This document shows, piece by piece, positions 32,808-44,257 of a DNA stretch of 64,000 nucleotides. Numbering within the stretch: position 1 is the stretch's first letter; each line of letters starts with the position of its first letter. A program made the position numbers and the translations under genes. This DNA comes from an uncultured Alphaproteobacteria bacterium. Its GTDB lineage: Bacteria > Pseudomonadota > Alphaproteobacteria > Rhizobiales > Afifellaceae. Location of the stretch: NCBI GenBank assembly GCA_963778625.1, contig CAVZVB010000014.1, positions 340,849 to 404,848 of the forward strand, given 5' to 3'. Under the pieces are notes generated by a model. It did not search any database. It was not told where the DNA came from and worked only from the letters and a program-made list of their open reading frames with translations.

Positions 32808-33925
32808 TGGCCCGCTCCCGTCTGTGCCTGGGTGCCGCTCGCGGGCGCCGACTGGCGCGGTCGGCGCCGGCCTGTTCCGCTGCAGCTGATCGAGCGGCAG
32901 ATAGGGAAGCACGCCGGATCCGCCCTCCAGGATGATCTTGTTGGAATTGCGGAACACCTTTTCCATCGTCTCCAGATAGAGACGGGTGCGGGTCACGTCC
33001 TTGGCCTGCTCGTATTCGGTGAGGACCGAGAGGAAGCGCTGCGATTCGCCTTCCGCCTCGGCCACGACCTGCTGCTTGTAGCCCTGCGCCGTCTCCGTCA
33101 CCTGCGCCGCCTCGCCGCGCGCGTCGCCGAGCCGCTTGTTGGCGTATTGCTCGGCCTCGCGCTGGAAGCGGTCGAGGTCCTGCTGCGCGCGCTGCACCTC
33201 CTCGAACGCGTCGGCGACTTCGGCCGGCGGATCGGCGCGCTCAAGCTGCACGCCGACGATGGAGATGCCGGCGTCGTAAGTGTCGAGCGTCTTTTGAAGC
33301 AGTTCGCGAACGCCCTCTTCCACCTCGGCGCGGCGCTCGGTGCGCACTTCTTCCGCGGTCGAGCGGCCGACAAGCTCGCGCATGGCGCTTTCCGCCACGC
33401 GGCGCAGGAACGCGTCCGGCTCGTTGACGTCGAACAGATACTTCTTCGGATCGCTCACCCGCCACAGCACCGAGAAATTGATGTCGACGATGTTCTGGTC
33501 GCCGGAGAGCATCAGGCTGGTGTCGGTGGCGTTGCGGCGCGCGGCGTCGGAGCCGAAGAACTCGCGCTGCACGCGCGTGGAGACCTTCTCGACGGTCTCC
33601 ACCGGCCAGAAGATGAAATGCAGGCCCTGCGTCGCGACCCCTGCTTCGGCTTGCCGAAGACGAGCTCCTGACCGAGCTCGTCCGGCTGCACCATGTAGAG
33701 GCTGTTGAAGGCCCAGACGAGGACGAGCGCCAGGACGATGAGCACGCCGACGAGCGCGTTGCTGCGCCCGCCGCCCGGAAGCACGTTGCGCAGCCGATCC
33801 TGGCTGCGCTTCAAAAGCTCTTCGAGATCGGGCGGCTGCGGGCCCCGTTGCTGCGGACCCCCGCCCCACGGCCCTCCGCCTCCACCTTTCCAGCCGCCCC
33901 CGCCGGAATTGTTGCTCCAGGGCAT
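32804..33925 (-). CDS. hflK: protease modulator HflK (frameshifted)
   Basis: Gly-rich N-terminus MPWSNNSGGGGWKGGGGGPWGGGPQQ followed by a TM helix (ORF 33512..33925). SPFH core in the 820-aa ORF. The inferred stop (QTGAGQ*) overlaps the hflC ATG. Confidence 0.85.
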
Positions 33926-34038
33926 CCGTGCTCCTTCTCGTCCGCGGCCCCCCGCGACGCGTGCCGCGGGTTATAGGGACGCGGGCCAGGGCTGGCAACG
34001 CCGCGCACTGCGCGGGTTTCGCCAAAGGCCGGGAAGAC

Positions 34039-34548
34039 TTAACGGCGTCTTCGATAGATGACGTGCACCGCGGCCGCCGTGTCGCCTTCGCTTGCCGGAA
34101 GCGGCTCGCGCGAAATCTCCATCCAATCCTCCGATTCGATTTCCGGGAAGCAGGTGTCGCCGGCGGGCTTTGCCGCGACTTGCGTGATGAGAAGGGTTTC
34201 GGCGAGCGGCAGGGCTTCGCGGTAGACTTCGCCGCCGCCGACGACGCAGATCTCGTCGGCGCCGCGCGCGGCCGCGCGTGCTTCCCCGAGCGCCAGCGCC
34301 TCCTTGAGATTTGCCGCGACAAAGATGCCGGGGCCGCCGAATTCGGGCTGCCGCGTCACCACGATCACGTCGCGGCCGTCGAGCACGCGCCCGATCGATT
34401 CGAAGGTCTTGCGGCCCATGACGACGGGCTTTCCCATGGTGATCGCGCGGAACTTCCGCATGTCGGCCTTGACGCGCCACGGCAGGCCGCCGTTCGCGCC
34501 GATCACGCCGTTCTCCGCGACGGCGGCGACGAGGGCGATACGGGTCAA
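34039..34548 (-). CDS. folA: dihydrofolate reductase
   Basis: MTRIALVAAVAENGVIGANGGLPWRVKADMRKFRAITMGKPVVMGRKTFESIG..., 169 aa, intact. Confidence 0.95.
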   Translation of the reverse strand: MTRIALVAAVAENGVIGANGGLPWRVKADMRKFRAITMGKPVVMGRKTFESIGRVLDGRDVIVVTRQPEFGGPGIFVAANLKEALALGEARAAARGADEICVVGGGEVYREALPLAETLLITQVAAKPAGDTCFPEIESEDWMEISREPLPASEGDTAAAVHVIYRRRR

Positions 34549-34564
34549 GCGGCCTCTCCGACGG

Positions 34565-34975
34565 TCATGCCGGAGCCGTCCACACCCTCAACGCGCTGTG
34601 GGCGGCAATCCGTTTGAAATCGCCGTCACTCGTCAGCATCGCGAGGTCGTGTCGGATGCACAACTCAGCCAGTAGCGCGTCGATCGTGCCAATCTGAATG
34701 CCGCTCCGCCGGCAGCGATTTCGCAGCTCCGCCGCGCGGGCGTGGTCGTCACGGTCGGGCGTGAGAAATGGGACGGCAGAGAACCGGTCGAGAATCTGGT
34801 CGCGCGCTTTTGGCCCCGCGAACCCTTGCAGGAGTTCCTGAAGGACGAGCCCCGTCGTCACGATCGTGTCGCCAGCTTCGATTGCCCCGACGAGCGCACC
34901 GACCTCCGCGCCGTGGGCAGGCGCGTCCCGCCGAAAGGCGAGGGACCAGACGCTCGTGTCGACGAACAGGCTCAA
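34565..34975 (-). CDS. vapC: type II toxin VapC (PIN domain)
   Basis: MSLFVDTSVWSLAFRR...QELLQG...TIDALLAEL...LTSDGDFKRI carries the PIN acidic residues (D6, E, D, D). It overlaps vapB by 4 nt. Confidence 0.85.
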   Translation of the reverse strand: MSLFVDTSVWSLAFRRDAPAHGAEVGALVGAIEAGDTIVTTGLVLQELLQGFAGPKARDQILDRFSAVPFLTPDRDDHARAAELRNRCRRSGIQIGTIDALLAELCIRHDLAMLTSDGDFKRIAAHSALRVWTAPA

Positions 34976-35172
34976 TTGCGCGTGCGTTCCGCGCGGTAGT
35001 CATAAGACTCGTCCCACTCGAGCTTGCCCATCAGGTCGAGGAGGCGCTTCTGTCGCCGACGCGCGATGAACTCTTGCAGCGCCTTTGTGACAGCTGCCTT
35101 TTTCGTGCGCTCCCCGCTGACCTCAAGCGCTCTTTCGATCAGTCCGGGATCAATGGACAGATTCGTCGCCAT
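34972..35172 (-). CDS. vapB: type II antitoxin VapB
   Basis: Internal start MATNLSIDPGLIERALEVSGERTKKAAVTKALQEFIARRRQKRLLDLMGKL..., 66 aa, directly upstream of vapC. Confidence 0.75.
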   Translation of the reverse strand: MATNLSIDPGLIERALEVSGERTKKAAVTKALQEFIARRRQKRLLDLMGKLEWDESYDYRAERTRN

Positions 35173-35253
35173 GTGTGAACCTCCACACATACAATCGCAC
35201 ATGTTCCAGCTTGGGCGCAATGCAAGTGGCGTGCGCCAGCGGCCGCTTCAAGG

Positions 35254-36048
35254 CTACGCCGAGACCTCCGCCTTGATGTGCGGATGCGGGTCGTAGCCGA
35301 GAAGCTCGAAGTCGCCGTAGACGAAGTCGAAGATGCGGTGGACCTCCGGGTTGAGCCGCATCGTCGGCAGCTTGCGCGGCTCGCGGCTCAATTGCTCGCG
35401 CGCCTGCTCGAGGTGATTCAGATAGAGATGCGCGTCGCCGAAGGTGTGCACGAAGTCGCCCGGCTTCAGCCCGGTCACCTGCGCCACCATCATCGTCAGC
35501 AGCGCATAGGAGGCGATGTTGAAGGGCACGCCGAGGAAGATGTCGGCGGAGCGCTGGTAGAGCTGGCAGGAGAGCTTCCCTTCCGCGACGTAGAACTGGA
35601 ACAGGCAATGGCAGGGCGCCAGCGCCATCTTGTCGATGTCGGCCGGGTTCCAGGCGGTGACGATCAGGCGGCGCGAATCCGGGTTCTTGCGGATTGCCGC
35701 AACGACATCGGAAATCTGGTCGATGACGCGGCCGTCGGGCGCAGCCCAGGAGCGCCACTGCTTGCCGTAGATCGGCCCGAGGTCGCCGTTCTCGTCCGCC
35801 CATTCGTCCCAGATGCGGACGCCGTTCTCTTTCAGGGTGCGGATGTTGGTGTCGCCGGCGAGGAACCACAGAAGCTCGTGGATGATCGACTTCACGTGCA
35901 GCTTCTTGGTGGTGACGAGCGGGAAGCCGTCGGCCAGGTCGAAGCGCATCTGGTGGCCGAAGACGGAAAGCGTGCCGGTGCCGGTCCGGTCGGATTTTTC
36001 GACGCCGTCGTCGAGCACGCGGCGGAGGAGATCGAGATATTGGCGCAT
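35254..36048 (-). CDS. thyA: thymidylate synthase
   Basis: [68 protein letters not shown]..., 264 aa, intact. Confidence 0.95.
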   Translation of the reverse strand: MRQYLDLLRRVLDDGVEKSDRTGTGTLSVFGHQMRFDLADGFPLVTTKKLHVKSIIHELLWFLAGDTNIRTLKENGVRIWDEWADENGDLGPIYGKQWRSWAAPDGRVIDQISDVVAAIRKNPDSRRLIVTAWNPADIDKMALAPCHCLFQFYVAEGKLSCQLYQRSADIFLGVPFNIASYALLTMMVAQVTGLKPGDFVHTFGDAHLYLNHLEQAREQLSREPRKLPTMRLNPEVHRIFDFVYGDFELLGYDPHPHIKAEVSA

Positions 36049-36194
36049 CGGGGGAAATGTAGTGCGATTCCCGTCGTCCGCCTATTCGGGCAGCGCCCAA
36101 CGCGAGAAGATCGGGGAAACCAGCCCAGGCCGTGCCGCTTTTAATGGCGGCCGGAAAACCTTATATTCCCAGGTGCCGGGGCAACCCGGCTATG

Positions 36195-36545
36195 GCGATA
36201 AACGGGCTACGTAATAAACCTATCGGACCCGGGGGCAGTACCCGGCGCCTCCACCATGAACCCTGCTTCGCGAAAGCTTCGCAGGGCTGATGATGGGGGC
36301 GAAACAGGATCGACGAGGGCGTAAAGGTCGCTTTTTCGCTCGGTATGGTACCCGCCGTTATCGGGCCAAACATATAGTTGCAAATGACAACTATGCTCCG
36401 GTGGCCCTCGCCGCGTAAGCGGTCTGGGTATCGGAATTCAAGCCCTGAGGGGTAGCACTTTCAGGCGGGGTTCGGAGGCACCTGGCAACAGAAGCCTCCA
36501 CTTCCCCTCCCTGGCTTGTTGCAAGCGCGCGAAGCTGCCACTACG
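36195..36545 (+). ncRNA. ssrA: two-piece (circularly permuted) tmRNA gene
   Basis: Acceptor piece ends ...CCGGGGGCAGTACCCGG-CGCCTCC-ACCA (T-arm, 3' acceptor strand, encoded CCA at ~36253-36255). A ~38-nt hairpin spacer follows. The coding piece starts GGGGGCG (pairs with CGCCTCC) AAACAGGATCGACGAGGG (~36294). Tag reading frame GCA AAT GAC AAC TAT GCT CCG GTG GCC CTC GCC GCG TAA = ANDNYAPVALAA* (36380-36418). Confidence 0.75.
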
Positions 36546-36554
36546 TTCGCGCCG

Positions 36555-37052
36555 ATGGCAGAAGACCTGATCCGCTACGACGTGCTCGTGCAGGAGGCGC
36601 TGCGCGGCGTCGTCAAGAAGGTGCTGACGGAAGTGGCGCAGGCCGGGCTTCCGGGCGAGCACCATTTCTTCGTGACGTTCGACGCGCTTATCCGGGCGTG
36701 CGCATCTCGCCGCGGCTCATCGCCGAATATCCGCACGAGATGACGGTGGTGCTGCAGCACCAGTTCTGGGACCTCGCCGTGCACCGATGCCGCCTTCGAG
36801 GTGGGGCTCTCGTTCAAGGGCGTGCCGGAGACGCTCTACGTGCCGTTCCGCGCCATCTCGAGCTTCGTCGACCCGCATGCCGGCTTCCAGGTGAAGTTCG
36901 ACACGACGCCCGATGCCGCGGTGCTGGAGGCGGTCGAGGAAGACGCCGTCCCGCCGCCGCCTCCGGCGAAGGAAGGCGAAGAGGCGCCGGCAGCCGATCC
37001 CGGCACGGCCGACGTCGTCTCGCTCGACGCCTTCCGCAAGAAGAACGGCTGA
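36555..37052 (+). CDS. sspB: ClpXP adaptor SspB (alpha-proteobacterial type) (two frameshifts)
   Basis: [43 protein letters not shown] (ORF 36516), [18 protein letters not shown] (ORF 36698) and [33 protein letters not shown]...DAFRKKNG (ORF 36801). Confidence 0.8.
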
Positions 37053-37152
37053 CGATCGCGCACGCCTCCGCCCGAGCGCCTTGCGTCCCCCATGGGTCGG
37101 TGACAGAAGCTTTTTCATGCGCAAGGCCTTCCGAAAGGCTGCGGGGAACGGG

Positions 37153-38547
<1,395 letters not shown>

Positions 38548-38550
38548 CCC

Positions 38551-38746
38551 ATGAGCGATATCGTCAACCTGCGCCATGCATCGCAAGCGCAAGCGCCGCG
38601 CCGAGAAGGACGTCGCCGCAGATGCGAACCGGCTCACGCATGGCCGGCCCAAAGCCGAAACGGTGAAAGCCAAGCTGGTCCGCGCGCTTGACGAGAAGCG
38701 CCTCGATATGCATCGCCGCGCGGCGGACGAGGACGAGCGCGGCTGA
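38551..38746 (+). CDS. DUF4169-family small protein (frameshift after codon ~8)
   Basis: ATG at 38551 gives MSDIVNLR, then a +1 frame shift gives [56 protein letters not shown]. Below the ORF-track size cutoff. Confidence 0.55.
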
Positions 38747-38755
38747 AAGCGCAAA

Positions 38756-38974
38756 ATGATCCGCAAACGCTCCGTCAAGCTCAACGGGCACGCGACGAGC
38801 GTCTCGCTCGAGGACGAATACTGGGGCGAGCTGAAGCGCATGGCGGACGGACGCGGCGTTTCGCTTGCGGAGCTGATCGTGCGGATCGACGCGGCGCGGG
38901 CGGGCGACAATCTCTCCTCCGCGCTGCGGCTCGCGGTGCTCGCGGATCTGAAGGACCCGCCTACCGGATCTTGA
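38756..38974 (+). CDS. ribbon-helix-helix domain protein
   Basis: MIRKRSVKLNGHATSVSLEDEYWGELKRMADGRGVSLAELIVRIDAARAGDNLSSALRLAVLADL, of the type commonly found next to DUF4169 genes. Confidence 0.6.
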   Translation: MIRKRSVKLNGHATSVSLEDEYWGELKRMADGRGVSLAELIVRIDAARAGDNLSSALRLAVLADLKDPPTGS

Positions 38975-41900
38975 TGATCGTGCCGTTCGGCAGCATGCGA
39001 TACTCGGGAGACGGTTTGGCCGGCGCTGCCGACCGCGGTGCCGGCGAAGATGCGGGCGACTGGGTGGGCGCCGGAGCCGGCGCGGGTTCAGGTGTCGGCG
39101 TCGGCTCGGGCATGAGCTCAATCGGCGGCGCTACAGCGGGCGGTTCCGCCGTAGGCGGTGCTGCAATCGGCTCCGCCGCAGGTGCCGGCGCAGTCCCAGT
39201 ATCAGGCGTTGCGCCCGCATCGGGCGTCGTGCCGGTCGCTACCGGCGCGTCCGGGGTCGCGGCCTGTTCCTCCGCCGCTTTCCGCGCCGCTTCTTCCGCC
39301 TGTACGCGCTTGCGCTCGGCCTCAAGCGTCTCAAGCTCGCTCAGCTGGCGTTGCAGGAAGTGGCTGCGCATGAGGTTCAAAAGCGGATCGAGGTCGATCT
39401 GCCGGTCGGGATCGGCGATATCGCCGGAAAAGCGGATCGGCACGTAGGGCTGTGCCTGGTCTGGGCTGACCTCGCCCGTCCTGACCGCCCACTGGCTCTG
39501 CAGCGTGAGCCGGTTCAGGTCGAACGTCGCGTCGGCGAGGACCGCCGTCGCCCCGGCCTGGAGCGAAACGGTCGGAATGCTCATGATGCCGGCGGAGACC
39601 GCGAACGATCCCGCCACCCGTCCGACGTCGAGCGCGCCGGAACCGAAGAGCGACGCGAAGGTCTCGCGCGCCTTCGTCTCGTCGGGCTCCTTCTTTCCCT
39701 CCGCGATGGCCATGACCGCGGTCAGCGCTTCCGGATTCAAGTCATTGAGGCGGCCGTCATCGACCGCGAAGGAGCCGCTTCCGGACAGCGTCGCAACGAC
39801 GCCGGCGGTGCTGCGTCCGCGCCCCGCCAGCTCAAACGACGTGTCGAGCCTTCCCGACGCGGCCGGCAGGCCGGAGCGCGCCCAGACGACGTCTTCGAGC
39901 GCGCCGCCGCTGAGACTGCCGCGCAGCGACAACTCCGCCTCGCCGCCGCTAATCGCCGCGCTGATCGCCCCTTTCAGCGCCCCGCCCGCGAAGACTGCCG
40001 AGGCAAGATCGAGCTGCAGCATGCCGCCAGCGAGCTCTACGGCGAGCTTCGCGTCGGTCGCCGCAAGCGGCGCGCCGATGTCGAGCGTCGAGGCGTTGAG
40101 CGTAAGATCGACAGCGACGCCTTCGGGCAGCGGGCTCGCGAATGGCGTATCGCTCCAGCCGGTGTCGCCCACTCCCGGCGCCACCCCGACCGCAAGCCCG
40201 GCAAGCGCGGGGACCGAAACGGCTGTAAGATCGAGCGCTCCCGAAAGCTGCATCTTCGGTTCGAACGTCGCGTCGAGCGCGCCGCTCATCGGCGCGCCGT
40301 CGAAGGTGCCCTTGTCGATCACGACGCTGACCTTGCCGCCCGAATATTCAAGATGCCCCGAGCCGGAGGCCGCGTGCCCTTCGCCGACACCGGGCGCGGC
40401 GATCCCGGCGAGGAGCAGCAGCGGGTCGACGTCGGCGGTCTTTGCCTTGAACGCGCCGGTGAGCGCCGGCTCTCCGTCGCGGAGCGCCGTGGTGCCGTCA
40501 TAGGACAGGTCGACGCCGGCGATCGACCCGGTGAGCTTCAGCTTGCCTTGCTCGGCAAGCGCGCCTTCGAAATCCGCGTCGAGCTTGAGCGGGCCGGAGC
40601 GCACGGGCAACGCGCCAAGTCCGAGCTGCCGGAGCACCGTGCCGCTGTCCTCGCCGTCGGCGTGAAGCTTGAGCGACCCTGACAGCGTCGACAGGTCGTC
40701 GAGCGACCCCGTTCCATCGCCTTCCAACGTCAGATGCGTCGCAGCGAAGCTTCCGGTCAGCGTCAGCGAGAGCTTTCCGTCCGACGCGCCGGCCTCAGCC
40801 GAGACCTCCGCGACGACCGGCGAAAGGATAGGGGCGACGTCCTTCAGGCGGCGGGCGATACGGCTCTCCGGCGCAAGGCTTGCGAGAAAATCCGCCGCGC
40901 CGGTGAAGTCGTCCGCCTTGATCGAGGCATCGATGTTGCCCGACGGTTTCCCGAGCGGATCGCGGATGCTGCCGCGCGCATCGATGCTTGCGCCCGCGAG
41001 GTCGGCAACCGACAGCTGGCGGAGATCAAGCGCGCCGCCTTCAAATCCGCCCTTGATTGCGACGGAGCGCGCGTCAACGCCGCCGGCGCTCACCACATCG
41101 GCCTTAAGCGAAAGCGTCATCTGCTCGATGTTGCTCGCCGCCGACTGCCCGGCGAGGAGCTCGGCAAGCGCACGCGTCTCCACGAGATCGGCGCGGTCGG
41201 CGCTGAGGTCGACGCTCACGATGTAGCGTCCGGATTGCGTGAAGCGGCGGATGTCGACCGAGCCGCGCATCGTCCCGGCGCCGGTCGCGACCGTGAGGTC
41301 GGCGAGGTGCTGCTCGTCCGGCTTCAGATCAACGTCGGCATCGAGCACGAAGCGGCCGATCTTCGTTGCCGAGCCGACCTCGCCGCGCCACCAGCCGGCG
41401 AAGGCCGCCGGCCGCCGCGAGGCGATGCGGGCATGACCCGCAAACGTCAGGTCGGAGGCAACGCCGAGCTTGCCCTTGAGGTCGATCTCGGTCTCGCCCG
41501 GCAGAAGCGCGGAGAAGCTATCGACCTGCCACGCCGCGTCGCCGGTCGAGAGGTCGGCGGCGACGTTCTGGATCACCGCGCCGCCGACGACGGCGCCCTG
41601 CGCCTCGAGATGCAGAACGCCGGGGATCGGGGGAAGCGGAAGCGCGGGAAGCCTGTCGGCGAGCGCGTGCACGGCGGACTCGATCGCGACCGGCACGTCC
41701 GTGCTGCCGCCGAGCGTGCGGTCGAGGTCGATCTGCCGCGCCGTCAGCGAAAGGTCGAAGCGTGGCGCACCGGCAAAATCGAGCTTTCCGGAGGCCTGCA
41801 TGATGAGCGGCCGTTCCGTCGCGCCGTAGGAGAGCTGCATCGAGTTCACGCTCAGGTCGGTCGACTCAAGCGCGAAACCGCCGCTTGCGCGGAAGTCGGC

Positions 41901-42691
41901 CCAGGGCGAACGGGGCGTCTCCGAATTCAAGGGCTCAATGCCGGCGACGGTGGCGGTGCCCTCGTATTTCGGCGGCTCACCGGCAGCGAGCGCGAGCTTG
42001 CCGTCGGTCGCCAGCGTCACCGGATAATCGGGCGAGCGGACGGTGGCCTTGGCGGTCACGACGCCATCGGCAAAGCGGCCGAAGGCGACGCTCAGCGACA
42101 TCGGCTCGCCGTCGAGCTTCAAATCGGCCTCCAGCTTGCCGGGGCCCATCAGCGTGCTCGCCTCGACCGTGGCGTCGATGCCCTCGGCGTTCCATTCCTC
42201 ACCGCTGCGGCTGTCGATGATCGTCGCGCTCCCCTCGGCGATCTCCAGCCGCTCAAGCGAAATCTGCTCCGCGTCCACCCGCCACGCGCCGGCGAGCGCC
42301 TCGTGCCCTTCGGCGAGGCTGGCGACATCGAAATGGAAGACCGGCCGCTCCAATGTCATGTGGATGACGCGGACCTGGCCGCGCAGCAGCGGCGCCAGCT
42401 CGACCTCGGCGCGGAAGCGCTCCATCTTCACGTCCGGCGCCGCCGGGTCGCCGACATTGACGTCGGTGAAGCTCAAGACCGGCGTCGGCAACAGCCGCAC
42501 GCTTGCCTTGCCGGCGACGGTGACGGGCCGCCCGACATAGGCTGAGGCTTCGCGCTCGAATGTCTGCCGATAAGACGTCCAGTCGACGAAATGCGGCCCG
42601 ATCAGAGCCGTGAAAAGGATCACGATGATGAGACTGCCGGCAATGATGAAGAACTTGCTCAGCTCAATCTCTCCTTCGGCGGCCTAGGCCG
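38961..42691 (-). CDS. AsmA-family outer-membrane biogenesis protein (~1240 aa)
   Basis: ORF 38961..42623: N-terminal TM helix (...[25 protein letters not shown]), a long beta-rich repetitive body, and a Pro/Ala/Thr-rich C-terminal linker before [14 protein letters not shown]. The probable ATG at ~42689 lies in an adjacent frame. Confidence 0.8.
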
Positions 42692-44092
42692 TCAGTCGCA
42701 TGATCTTCCCCGGGTTCATGATGTTCAGGGGGTCGATCGCCGTCTTGATCGCGCGCATCACGCCAAGCGCCGAGCCGGCCTCGGTTTCGAGAAACTCCAT
42801 CTTGCCCTGGCCGATCCCGTGCTCGCCCGTGCAGGTGCCGTCCATCGCGATGGCGCGCTCGGCAAGCCGTCTATGAGCTCCTCGGCCGCGTGCATCTCGG
42901 CCGCATCGTTCGGGTCGACGAGCACCTGGACATGGAAATTGCCGTCGCCGACATGGCCCACGATCGGCGCAAGCAGGTTCAGACGCGCCAGATCCGCCTG
43001 AGTCTCGGCGACACAGTCGGCGAGCCGCGAAATCGGCACGCAGGCATCGGTGGCGAAGATCGTGGCGCCGGGCCTGAGCCCCTTCACCGCGAAATAGGCG
43101 TCGTGGCGCGCCTGCCAGAGCTTCTGGCGATCCTCCTCGCGGGTTTCCCAGAGAAAACGGTCGCCGCCGAATTCCGCGGCGATCGCGCCGAACTCCTCCG
43201 CCTGCTCCTTCACGCCCGCCGGCGTCCCGTGGAACTCCAGGAAGAGCGCGGGGCTCTCCGGCAAATCGAGATGCGAGTAAGTGTTGCTGGCCCTGACCTG
43301 CAACGCGTCGAGCAGCTCGATCCGCGCCATCGGGATGCCGTACTGGATCGTCGCAATGACGGTTCGGCAGGCCGACTCGACGTCCGGGAAGCTGCACACG
43401 GCAGCGGAGATCGCCTGCGGGATTCCCTGCAGGCGGAGCGTCAGCTCGGTGATGATAGCGAGCGTTCCCTCCGACCCGATCAGAAGCCGCGTCAGGTCGT
43501 AGCCGGCGGCGGTCTTCTTGGCGCGGTTCGCGGTCTTCACCAGCGAGCCGTCGGGCATCACCGCCGTCAGGTTCAAGACGTTGTCCTTCATGGTGCCGTA
43601 GCGCACGGCGTTGGTGCCGGAGGCGCGCGTCGCGGCCATGCCGCCGAGACTCGCGTCGGCACCGGGATCGATCGGGAAGAACAACCCCTGGTCGCGAAGA
43701 TACGCGTTCAGCTGTTTCCGCGTCACCCCCGGCTCGACCACGCAGTCGAGATCCTCCGCATGCACGGCGACGATGCGGTTCATGCGCGACAGGTCGACCG
43801 AGACGCCGCCGAAAGGCGCGTTCAAATGCCCCTCGAGCGACGAGCCGACGCCGAACGGGACGATCGGCGTGCGATGGTCGGCGCAGACGCGCACGATGTC
43901 CTGCACCTCCTCTGCGCTTTCGACGAAGATTACCGCGTCGGGCGGCTGGTTCGTGAGCCAGGTTGTGGTGTGGCCATGCTGCTCGCGCACAGACGCCGCC
44001 TCGGAGAGGCGATCGCCGAACCGTTGCTTCAAGACCGAGATCGCAACTGCAGTTCTGTCTTCGTCGCGCTTTGCCGCTGCGGCCAACGTCAT
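42684..44092 (-). CDS. FAD-linked oxidase (D-lactate dehydrogenase/GlcD family) (frameshift ~42880)
   Basis: [45 protein letters not shown]... with FAD_binding_4 (ORF 42758..44143) and C-terminal ...[24 protein letters not shown] (ORF 42684..43397). Confidence 0.8.
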
Positions 44093-44257
44093 GGGGTCAA
44101 TCCGCTCCTCGCCTGATGGCCGAAAATAGCAAGAACACTCCAATGCTGTCCAAAGCGCCAGCCCGAATTCGCAATTGTGAAGACACGGGACGCACCGCGT
44201 GGCGATCCACCCGGAATAAGGCCGGATTGCGTCGCCGCCCTTCCCGGCGGCAGCGTC

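Noticed and set aside
36161-36373. 70-aa minus-strand ORF over the tmRNA gene
   Set aside because: It overlaps the structured ssrA RNA. The tmRNA features (acceptor stem, CCA, tag ORF) explain the region.
40734-42545. 603-aa plus-strand ORF, with 39351..40682 and 39505..40503
   Set aside because: Antisense frames of asmA.
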